A stretch of 64,000 nucleotides of DNA from the human T2T-CHM13v2.0 reference genome, Homo sapiens. The notes under the pieces are model-generated. The model saw only the letters and a list, made by a program, of their open reading frames with translations. It made no database searches and was not told where the DNA came from. The translations under genes and the position numbers were made by a program. The stretch lies in NCBI RefSeq assembly GCF_009914755.1, contig NC_060947.1, one strand, 5' to 3'. Of this stretch, positions 27,475-64,000 are shown one piece after another (positions within the stretch are counted from its first letter, which is position 1; each line of letters opens with the position of its first letter).

Positions 27475-27693
27475 TGAGAACACATAGACACTTGAAGGGG
27501 AACAACACACACTGGGGCCTGTGGAGTGTGGGGAGGGAGAGCATCAGGAAGAATAGCTAATGGATGCGGGGCTTAATACCTAGGGGATGGGATGATCTGT
27601 GCAGCAAACCACCATGGCACATGTTTACCTACGTAACAAACCTGCACATCCTTCACATGTACCCCTGAATTTAAAATAAAAGTTGAAGAAAGC
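27475..27693 (+). mobile_element. Short L1PA-type 3' end
   Basis: ttaatacctaggggatgggatgatctgtgcagcaaaccaccatggcac; TSD-like aaagt(g/a)tatcatttc. Confidence 0.85.
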
Positions 27694-28489
27694 AAAGTAT
27701 ATCATTTCATAATTATTGCCATAAGTATATACTCACAAAACTATCACCACTGTCAAGATAGTGAACATATCACCCCTAAAACTTTCCTCCTGCCCCTTTG
27801 TAGTGCCCCCCTCCTGCCCAACTCATCCTCAGAAAACCTCTGACCTGCTTTATGTCATTGTAGATTAGTTTGCACCTTTAAAACGTTCATATAACTGGAA
27901 TTATGCAGTACTTAGTCATCTTGTCTGGTTTCTTTTACTGAACATAATTATTTTGAGATTCATACATACTGTTGCGTGTAACAAAAGTTCATTCCTTTTT
28001 CTTGCTGAATAGTATTTCATTGTGTGACTGTTCCAGAATTTATCGATTCACCTCTGAATGGGCATTTGAGTTGTTTTCAGTTTGTGGCTGTTACAAATAA
28101 AGTTGTTATGACTATCCACGTACAAGTCTTTGAATGGATGTATGTTTTCACATCTCTTGGATAAATACCTAGGAGTAGAATGGCTGAATCATCTAACAAG
28201 TATACATTAAACTTTTGAAGAAATTGCCAAATTGTTTTTCAAAGTGGTTGTACCATTTTACATTCCTATCAGCAGTGTACAGTAATTAGAGATTTTCCAC
28301 ATCCTAGTCAACATGTGGAATAATCAGTCTTTTTAGTTTTAGTTACTGTAATAGGTATGCAGTGACATCTCATTGTGGTTTTAATTTGCATTTTGTTAAC
28401 GGCTAATGGCATTGAGCATGTTTTCCATGTATTCATTTGCAAACTATATATTTTCTTTAGTAAAGTGTCTGTTCAAAACTTTTGCCTTA

Positions 28490-28940
<451 letters not shown>

Positions 28941-30059
28941 CTTATCCCTTTTTTCTTAATTGGGTTACTTGTCTTTATATTATTCAGCTGTAGGAGTTCT
29001 CTATATATTCTCTATACTAGTCCTTTATCAAATATAATATTTGCAATTATTTTCTTCTAGTCAATGCCGTTACTTTCTCTTAAGCAGTATCCTTTGAAGA
29101 GCAGAAGTTTTAGATTTTGATGAAATCCAATCTATTAATTTCTTCTTTCATAGATGTGCTTTTGTTACTATATCTAAGAAATACTTGTCTAACCCAAGTT
29201 CAAAACAGATTTTCTCTAAAGTTTTCTTCTAGAAATTTTAGTTTTAGGACTGTAGTTTAGACTAGGTCTGTGACACATTTGGAGTTAACTTTTGTGTATT
29301 GAGTAAAGTAAGGATAAAATTTTTTGTGTATAGATATTAAAATGTTTCAGTACCATTTGTTGAAAAGATGATATTTTCTCCATTGAGTTGCATTTGCACT
29401 TTGTAAAAAATCAATTGTCCCTATATATGTGGGTCTATTTCTGTCTACATTTTGTCATATCAATCTATTTGTCTTTACACCAATGCCACACGCTTTTGAT
29501 TACTGTAGCTTTATATCTTGAAATCAAGTAGTCTTAGCCCTCTAACATTTTTTAATTGTTTTTACTATTTTAGGTCCTTTACATTTCTATATGAATTTCA
29601 GAATCAGCTTATCAATTTCTATTTGAAACCTCTGCTGAGAGTTGGATTGGGACTGTTTTGAACCTCTAGATCCATTTAGGGAGAACTAATATTTAAAAGT
29701 ATTGAGTCTTAATCCATGAACACAGTGTATCTCTCCATCTATTTAGATCTTTTTAAATTTCTGTCAATAACATTTTGTAGTTTACAGTGTACAGATTTTT
29801 CACATTTTTAACCAGATTCATCTCTAAATATTTCATATTTCTTATCTTATTGCAAAAATATTGTCTTTAATTTGAATTTCCCATTGTTCATTGCTAATAT
29901 ATAGAAATATAATTAATTTTTGGATATTGATATTGCATCCTACAACCTTACTAAGCTTACTAAGTTCGCTTACTAGTTCTAGTAGCTTTTTGGTCAATTA
30001 CATTAGAGGATTTTCTACAATAGAAATGGCCTTATTTCTTTCTTCACAATCTGGAAATC

Positions 30060-30730
30060 TTTTTTTTTTTTTTTCTGTTTGAGACAAGGTGTCCCTCTGT
30101 TGTTGAGGCTGTGATGCAATCACAGCTCACTGCAGCCTCCACCTACTGTGCTCAAGCAGGCCCTCCCACCTCAGCCTCCAGAGTAGCTGGGACTATAGGC
30201 ATGCACCACCATGCCCAGCTAATTTCTTTGTTTGTTTGTTTGTTTGTTTGTTTGTTTGTTTGTTTGAGACAGAGTCTTGCTCTGTTGCCTAGGCTGGAAT
30301 GCAGTGGCGCGATCTCGTCTCACTGCAAGCTCCGCCTCCCGGTTCACGTCATTCTCCTGCCTCAGCCTCCGAAGGCTGAGACTACAGGCGCCCGCCACCA
30401 TCTGGGACTACAGGCGCCCGCTGCCACGCCTGGCTAATTTTTTTGTATTTTTTAGTAGAGTCCGGGGTTTCACCGTTTTAGCCAGGATGGTCTTGATCTC
30501 ATGACCTCGTGATCCGCCTGCTTCTGCCTCCCAAAGTGCTGGGATTACAGGCGTGAGTCACCGCGCCTGGCTTGCTCAGCTAATCTCTTAAAAAAATTTT
30601 TGTAGTGATGGAGTCTCCCTATTTTGGCCAGGCTGGTCTTGAACTCCTTAGCTCAAGTGATCTGCTCTCCTTAGCCTCCTAATGTAATCCACACCTAATG
30701 GATTACAGGTGTGAGCCACTGTGCCTGGCC
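30060..30730 (-). mobile_element. AluJ with an AluY-like element (about 30227-30572) nested in its linker
   Basis: gcccagctaatttct / gctcagctaatctct TSD; AluY-diagnostic gcaagctccgcctcccgg; (GTTT)n tail. Confidence 0.88.
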
Positions 30731-32109
30731 AGTAGGTTTCTTTGAAATAATTTGTTCATTTCATCTAGGTGTTGAATTTATTGGCATAAAGTTGTTAATA
30801 ATATTCCCTTATTGTCCTTTTAATACCTGTAATCTCAGTAATAATATCATTTCTCTCATTCCATATTACTAATTAGTGTCTTCTGTCTTTATTTTCTGAT
30901 CAGTTTGGCTGGAAGTTTGTCAGTATTATGTATCTTCTCAAAGAGCCAATTTTTAATTTCATTGATTTTCTCTATTGTTTTTATCTTTTCTATATTACTG
31001 ATTTCTACTTTAATCTTCATTGTTTTCTTCATTCTGCTTACTTTGGCCTTTATTTTTTCTTTTTCTAGAATTTTAAGGTAGAAGTTGAATTCATTGATTT
31101 GAGAACTTAGAATTGGCTTCTCTTCTAACATAGGAATTTAGCACTCTAAATTTTCTTCTAAACACTGTTTTAGCTGCATATCAAAAATTTTAATGTTTTG
31201 TGTTTTCATTTTCATTTGGTTCAAAAGACTTTTAAAATTCTTTTGAGCTCTTTGACCTATGTGTCATTGAAAAGTGTATTATTTATTTTCCAAATATTTG
31301 AGGATTTCCCCAATGTCTTTCTGTTACTGATGTCTAGTTTAATTCCATTGTGGTCAGAAAACATACTTTGTTTGAACCATTTAAAATTTATTAAGACTTA
31401 TTTTATGGCTCAGAATATATCTTATCTTGGTCAATGTGTGTACTTAAAAAAAAATATGTATTCTGCTCCTGGTGGTGGAATGGTCTGTAAACATCAATTA
31501 GGTGAAGTTAGCTGATAGTGTTTTTCAGGTCTCCTATATCCTTAATGACTTTCTGCCTATTTGTTCTATTAATTATCGAGAGAGGGGTGTTGAAGTCTCC
31601 AACTGCAATTGTGGATTTGTTTATTTTTTCTTATAGTTTGATCAGTTTTTGCTTCATGTAATTTTAAGCTCTGTTATTAGTCACATAAATATTTAGGCTT
31701 ATTACATTCTCTTGAATAATTGACCCCTTTATCATTATGAAATTGTGCTCTTACCCCTGATAATAGTTTTTACTCTGCAACCTACTTTGTCTGATACTAA
31801 TGCAACCACTTCAGCTTTCTTTTGATTAGTGGCAAGTTGGCATATCTTTATCCATACATTTAGGTTTAACCTATTAGTGTCTTTAGATTAAAGAGTATTT
31901 CTTGGATGCAGCATATACTTGAATCTTACCTTTTAACTGGGGTGTTTTAACCATTTATTTTTAATGTGAGTATTGATATGCTTAGCTTTAAGTCTGCCTT
32001 CTTACTATGTATCTCTTTATCCCCTCTCTTTTTTGTTCCTTTTTCCTTTTTCTGCCTTCTTTTGGATTATGTTTCATTTATTACTTTTTATCTCCTTATT
32101 GGCTTACTA

Positions 32110-33398
<1,289 letters not shown>

Positions 33399-33399
33399 T

Positions 33400-34045
33400 G
33401 ACATCCTCTTCCAGGAATATGGAATAGACACACTTGTCTTTCTTCCTCTCTCTAGGTACAAGTAAAAATTCTGTACATTATATATAAAATAAACATAAGA
33501 AGACTCTGAAAGTTGAAGAGAAGACAGACCAGATCTTTTGGCTAGGAATCTTGAGACACAAATAACATGGCGTTGAGTTCCCTGGGTTTTCTTTTTGCCT
33601 TATATATCCTAAACATGGAGATGAAGAAACTGGCAACCTCAAAATGCCGATAGGAACAGATAAAAAAGAGCCCCAGTAAAAACTTGTGCTCTCTAGCCAA
33701 AGCACCAGGAAAGGGGCAGCCTAAGAAAAAAGAAAACATTTTGTAATAACTACTGTACTCCAGCCAAACACCACAGAAAAAAACTGTAGTCCCACCCCCA
33801 TCCACATCAACAAATGCCAAGTGAAGAGCTTAGAATTCCACACTAGCAAGGCAGTAAAGAGGTGCTACAACACCCCCACCAGGGAAGTGTCAAAGAATGC
33901 CAAGTCAGGAGCCAGGACTGTCATCTCTGCTGACCCATAGTAAGCTTTCCCCCAAGGATCTCAACGGCAATCACATGGAGAGCTTAGACATGCCACTTCT
34001 AGCAGTAGTGAGGTGCTCCTTCCCTTCCCTGCTAGTATGGTGTCA
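33400..34045 (+). mobile_element. 5' region of an old L1M (L1MC-like) element; 3' part at about 53240-57820
   Basis: L1M 5'UTR-like sequence; flanking duplication aaaaa(t/c)atcaaaat at about 33386 and 57820. Confidence 0.6.
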
Positions 34046-34746
34046 GAGGTAACACTAGCTCCATAAAATAAATTGGGAAGGGTTCCCTCCTTTTCCGTTT
34101 TCTGGATGAAATTATGTGTAATTGGAATTAAATCACTAATCATTTGGTAGAATTCTCCAGTGAAACGATCTGGGCCTGGAGTTTCTTTGGTGGGGGGAAA
34201 TTTTTAAATTACAAATTTTTACAGAAAATCCTAAATAACTAGCAGAAAAATAAAAACCTCTTAGAACTAATAAACCAGTACGGCAAGGTTGCAGGATACA
34301 AGATCAATATACAAAAATCACTTGTATTTCTATACACTAGCAATGAACACCCCAAAAATGAAATTAACAATCTCATTTACACTAGAAATTAAGAAAACAT
34401 TCCCATTTACAATTCTTAGAATAGAATACTAAGGAATACATTTAACAAGCAACAAAAACAGGTTGGAGAACTCATACTTTCTGATTTCAAAAATTTCTAT
34501 AAAGCTATGGTAATCAAGACTTTGTGTTACTGCCATAAGGATAGACATATGGGTCAACCAAACAACATAGAGAGTCCAGAAATAAACCCATACTTCTATG
34601 GCCAGTTGATTTTTGACAAGAGTGCCAAGACAATTCAAAAGGGAAAGAACAATCTTTACAACAAATGGTTCTGGGACAACTGAACGTTCACATGCAAAAG
34701 AATAAAATTAGACTCTTACTTCACAACATATACAAAAATTAACTCA
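34046..34746. mobile_element. L1M ORF2 fragments: inverted piece (about 34046-34210) followed by a sense piece
   Basis: Minus ORF 33961-34143 (QKTEKEGTLPNLFY) is ORF2-like; plus-strand ORF2 DNA follows. Confidence 0.75.
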
Positions 34747-36004
34747 GGTGTGGGGCCAGCTCCTAGGCCAGCGGCATACAAATTGGCTTGTCAGTCAGCT
34801 ACCATGGGTGGTGGCCTGGCAAAGGCAGGAGCTGAGCTCAGTTCCCCAAAAATTATAAAAGGAAACTTAAGAAATACAATGAGGCTAGTGATTTATTTCA
34901 GTGATAAAGCAAATTGAGCAACATCAAGAGAATTGGTGAACACTAGATGTCAGAGGGTCATCAGTCAAAAAAAGAAGACACAAAATAGAAAAGAAGAGAA
35001 GGTTGAAGAGAGAAACCACAGTGAGAACAAACCATAAAATAAAACTTGACGGCCCTGGTGAAAACATCAATGAAGATGAGGCTCAGTCAAGTAATTAAGG
35101 AAAGAAAGTTAATAAGCACAAGTGGGTACCACTCCACTTAGATGATGTAGGACCACATAATCAATAAAGACCAGTATCCTAAACATCTTACAGGATTCCG
35201 AAACCTGAAGCAAATAAATTACACATAACAATAGGCAAAATGATATACAAAATTGAAGGCAAGATAGACAAAAATAGAGAGATGATTAATATAAAGTTTC
35301 CAGTATAAGTGAGGGTGGCAAGTTCCTTTAGAGACTTGGGAAGAGGCCAGGCCAAAGACAGAGATGAGAATGAAAATGAGGCAGAGGAAATCCTCAAATG
35401 AGGATTATTTCATTATTCTTATAGTTATCAAGAACATGGTAAAAAAGTTGATCAACCATTTCAAACAGAACTTAATACCAGGATGATATATTACTATGAT
35501 GATACTACTGGCATACAGGTATATCCTGTAAAAGAAACATTGCATCAAGAGTATATTAAGTGCCAAATTAAAATGTTACTTCGGTAAAAGAAAATTCGGA
35601 GTGGAAATATCTTAGAAAACAGATGTATGAACATGGCTTCTTGCCTATTTCCCTGATAGCTGGTTTCCACCACATTCAGACTCACTATAAAGCTTAATCT
35701 TATTTTAGAGACATTAAGCAATAGCACAGAAATGGAAATTGTGAACGAGAGCATGAGAAAAAAGAACAAGATAAATAGCCCTTTCCTGATTGTCTTCTAT
35801 CAAGTATGCCACAGACTTCTCTCAAATGATCAATTGCTCAGAATTCATACTAGGCCAAGCCTTTGGCTAACATACAGAGAGTCTGTCCTATATTCTACAA
35901 GAATTGGAAGTCCACTGAGTCCAAAGAAAATACTGAAACAAGCAGTCTTCAAGCAATCTAGAAGTTTGTCTACCAATTTGCCCCATTTAGACTCAGAGCC
36001 TTAG

Positions 36005-36693
<689 letters not shown>

Positions 36694-37164
36694 AGAAGTA
36701 AAAAAGAATCATCAACCACCTCCAGTGAAATGGAAAGAATCAATGTCTGTATCTGATGAGAGAAGTCAACTACATCCTCTAAAGTAATGAGAATGAGAAG
36801 AACTTGATATTTTATTTGATGAAGAAGTGAAATATAGAAGAATGAAAAACACATTTACTGATTGGTCTGATAATGATTCAGATTAGAAAATTGATGATCA
36901 GGATTCAGAAAAGATTTTTATTCTAATCCGTACTCTGCCTTACATGAGAAAGCATCCTAGAGGGTATCAAACAACAATAATGTGTCTTGGGCAAGAATTT
37001 TAATCTGAACTTGCTAAAGTTATCAATAATATCATTATTATATATTAATATGTCACATATCCATATAGCATGTATCAATGATATTGTTATGAACACTGCA
37101 CTTCAGCCTGGGGACTCCATCTCAAAAACTAAAGTCAGTTCATCTATAGTATAAGAGGACAATT

Positions 37165-37690
37165 AGGGGTATAAAGGCAGCAGTTAGATCATACAAGGTT
37201 TTATGGGCAATGTTAAGTAGTTTGAAATTTGAAGTTCAAATGCAGTAACTTGAAGGGTTTTACCAAGGCAAAATGGCACAATCTAATTTTCATTTTTAAA
37301 GGAGCACTTTGGTTGCTGGAGGGAGAAGGGATTGATTGAGGAGAAGAGTGGGCAGAAAGCATCCAATGAGGAGGCTAATGAAGTGATAGATATTGGTAGC
37401 ATAAAGTTCAGTGGTGGCAGAAGAAGTGTAGAAGTGAAAAGACCTAGATCTGATCCCCGAGGAATAGTTGTTTAGGCACTGTGTAGGAAAAGGAGGCGCT
37501 GTGAAAGCTAAAACCTGGTTCTGAGAGAAAGGGAATAATCAGGTGTCAGAAACCGTGGAGAGGTTGAATTAGATAGGAATGAAAAGTATGTCAAATTGAT
37601 ATGGCAGCTTGGTTATCTTTTCTGACCTCTGTGAAAGGAATTTTAGTGGCTCCAGAAGCTTTGTTGAAGTGGACCATACAGAGAGTATAG
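37165..37690 (-). mobile_element. L2 LINE fragment
   Basis: agatcatacaaggttttatgggcaatgttaagtagtttg ... gaagggttttaccaagg ... ttttaaaggagcactttggttgctg resembles the antisense L2 consensus. Confidence 0.7.
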
Positions 37691-37737
37691 ACTTTCTGTT
37701 TCTGGCATGTAATCACTGCTGAAAACAACAAAAAGTA

Positions 37738-38574
37738 CAGTCATGCACCACATAATGACGTTTTGGTCAATGATGGACAGCATATACAACAGTGGTCCCA
37801 TAAGATTATAATGGAGCCGAAAAATCCCTATTGCCTTGTGCCATCTTGGTGATCCTGACCCGGTGTAGGCCTAGGCTAATGTGTATGTTACTGTCTTAGT
37901 TTTCAACAAAAAAAGTCTAAAAAGTAAAAAAGAAAAAGAAAAAATTTTAAAAATAGAAAATAGCTTAAAGGATAGGATATAAAATATACAGCTTGTACAG
38001 TAGTATAATGTGTGTTTTATGCTGTGTTATTAGAAAAGAGCCAAAAGGTTTTAAAAATTAAGTTTATAAATTTAAAAAGTCACAGTAAGCTAAGGTTAAT
38101 TTATTATTGATGATAAAACAACTATTTAAAAATAAATTTAGTGTAGCCTAAGTATACAGTGTTTGAAAAGTCTACAGGAGTGTACAGTAACTTCCTAGGC
38201 CTTCATATTTACTCACCCCTCACTCACTGATTCACCCAGTGAGTCCTGCAAGTTCCATGCATGGTAAGTGTCCTGTACAGATGTACCATTTTAAAAACTC
38301 TTTTATATTTTTACCATATCTTTTCTATGTTTACATATGTTTAGATACACAAATACTTACCATTGTGTTATAATTACCTACAGTATACAGTACAGCAACA
38401 TGCTGTACAGATTTGTAGCCTAGAAGCAATAGGCTGTACCATCTAGCCTAGGTGTGTAAGAGGCTGTAACATCTAGGTTTCTGTAAGTGCACTCTACGAT
38501 GCTTGCACAGTGATGAAATTGCCTAACAGTACATTTCTCTGAACATATCTTAGTTACTAAGTGATGCATGACTT
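37738..38574. mobile_element. Tigger3/MER7-type DNA transposon
   Basis: TA|cagtcatgcaccacataatgacg ... taagtgatgcatgactt|TA terminal inverted repeats. Confidence 0.85.
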
Positions 38575-38579
38575 TATCA

Positions 38580-45140
<6,561 letters not shown>

Positions 45141-45490
45141 AAAGCCTACCTTCCAAATTTAAAAAAATGACAATGAAAAATTAACTTAAAATAGATTAAA
45201 GACCAAATGTAAGAGTAAAACTATAAAACTCTTAGAAGAAATTATAGATGTAAATCTTATGACCTTGGATTAAGCTACAGTTTCTTATATCTAATACGTA
45301 AAGTACAAGCATAAGCAGGACATCATAAAAATTAAAAACTTTTGTGCTCCCAAGAATACTATCAAAAAAGTGAGAAGACAATTTACAGAATTGGAGAAAA
45401 TATTTGCAAATAATAGATCTGACAAGAGTCTAGTATCTGGAATATATTAATAACTCTTACAACTCAACAATAACTCAAATAAGGAAATGA

Positions 45491-45801
<311 letters not shown>

Positions 45802-45810
45802 TAATTTTCT

Positions 45811-52267
<6,457 letters not shown>

Positions 52268-52558
52268 ATGAGCAAATAATTTGAATAGACATAGCTCCAA
52301 AGAAGATATACAAATGGTCAGAAAGCACATTAAAAGATGTTCATTATTATTAGTCATTAGGAAAATGTAAATCCAAACTATGAGATATCACGTCACACTC
52401 ACTAGAATGGCTATCATTAAAAAAACAAAACAAAACAAAACAAAACAGTCTGGGCGAGGTGGCTCAGGCCTGTAACCCCAGCACTTTGCGAGGACGAGAT
52501 GGACCGATTGCTTGAGTCCAGGAGTTCGAGAACAACCTGGGCAACATGGCGAAACCCC

Positions 52559-52599
<41 letters not shown>

Positions 52600-53225
52600 T
52601 GGCTGGGTGTGATGGCATGCACCCGTGGTCCCAGCTACTCAGGAGGCTGAGGTGGGAGGACTGCTTGAACCCAGGAGGTGGAGGTTACAGTAAGCTGAGA
52701 TCGAGCCACTGCACTCCAGCCTGGGCAACAGAGCAAGACTGTGTCCCCACCCCAAAAAAAACCATAGAAAATAATAAGTGTTGGTGTAGATGTGGAGAAA
52801 TTGGAACCCTCATGCATGGTTGGTGTGAATGTAAAATGGTTTAGCGCCTTTGGAAAACAGTTTGACAGTTCCTAAAAGGGAAAACGTAGAGTTACCATAT
52901 AACCCAGCAATTCCCATCCTGGGTATATACCCAAGAGAACTGAAAACATATGTTCACACAAAAACTTGTACACAAATGTTTGTAGCAGCATTATTCATAA
53001 TAACCAAAAAGAGGAAACAACCCAAATGTTTGTCAGTTTATGGATGAATAAAGAAAATGTGATATAGCCATACAATGGAATTTTATTCAACCATAAAAAG
53101 GAATGAAGTATTGAGACATGCTACAACTTGGATCAACCTTCAAAACATATTAAGTTAAAGCCACCAGACTAAAAGGCCACATATTTTATAATTGCATGTA
53201 TATATAATGTCCAGAATAGGCAAAT
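52268..53225 (+). mobile_element. L1M 3' fragment (continues 45180-45490), with an Alu at 52448-52760 carrying (CA)n at 52563-52597
   Basis: L1 ORF2 end motifs; ORF 52850-53047 (LPYNPAIPILGIYP). Confidence 0.85.
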
Positions 53226-53239
53226 GAGCTCATGAATTG

Positions 53240-59106
<5,867 letters not shown>

Positions 59107-59565
59107 TAAACATGCTTTGCTTATTAGATTCTACCTTCAAGTGATTTATATTATGCAAGAACTTTACAATATTATACTTCCATTTCTTCCCTCCCAACAT
59201 TTGTGCTATTTTCTCGTATATTTTATTTTGACATATGTTATAATCTCATAAAATATCAATCATTTTTGCTTTAGACAGTTGACTATCTTTGGAGATTTAA
59301 ACAATAAGAATAAAGTCCTTATACCTACCCACATATTTACCATTTTCAGTGCTTTGCATTTCTTAGTGTAGATCCATATTTTTTATCTGGTATCAATACT
59401 GAAGGACTTCCTTTAACATTTCTTGTACTGCAGGCCTTCTAATGACTAATTCTTTCAGCTTTTGCATACCTGAAAAAGTCCTTATTTTGCTTTAGTTTTG
59501 CTGGGTGAAGAAGTCTAGGCTGAAAGTTTTTTTTTTTTTAACTTTCACTTCTTAAAAGATGTTCC

Positions 59566-63630
<4,065 letters not shown>

Positions 63631-63635
63631 GCAGG

Positions 63636-64000
<365 letters not shown>

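Noticed and set aside
35732-36004. 90-aa ORF with LARP1B motifs as a functional retrogene
   Set aside because: Mosaic of shifted frames, surrounded by stops and interrupted by an LTR and an Alu

Overview
Primate (almost certainly human) non-coding DNA with no intact protein-coding gene. Positions 525-1425 hold the six hairpins of the X-linked miR-106a~363 polycistron on the minus strand (106a, 18b, 20b, 19b-2, 92a-2, 363). A CpG-island promoter lies at about 2.7-5.3 kb, and there is no Alu until about 13.6 kb. From about 24 kb onward the window is almost all nested transposons: Alu, L1, Tigger, MaLR, L2/MIR, a LARP1B retrocopy and a MER41A ERV. The main observations are: (1) an AG|GT back-to-back splice acceptor/donor 74 nt upstream of pre-miR-106a; (2) a MER41A ERV with mRNA-type ends and a 15-bp TSD, suggesting L1 retrotransposed it; (3) a ~1-kb Alu-to-Alu direct duplication 16.2 kb apart; (4) a ~33-kb nested insertion stack containing an anachronistic L2; (5) a possible fossil N-terminal extension in the LARP1B retrocopy; (6) a possible miR-19a remnant in the cluster. 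Family and gene identities come from recalled consensus sequences, not database searches, and repeat boundaries are approximate.
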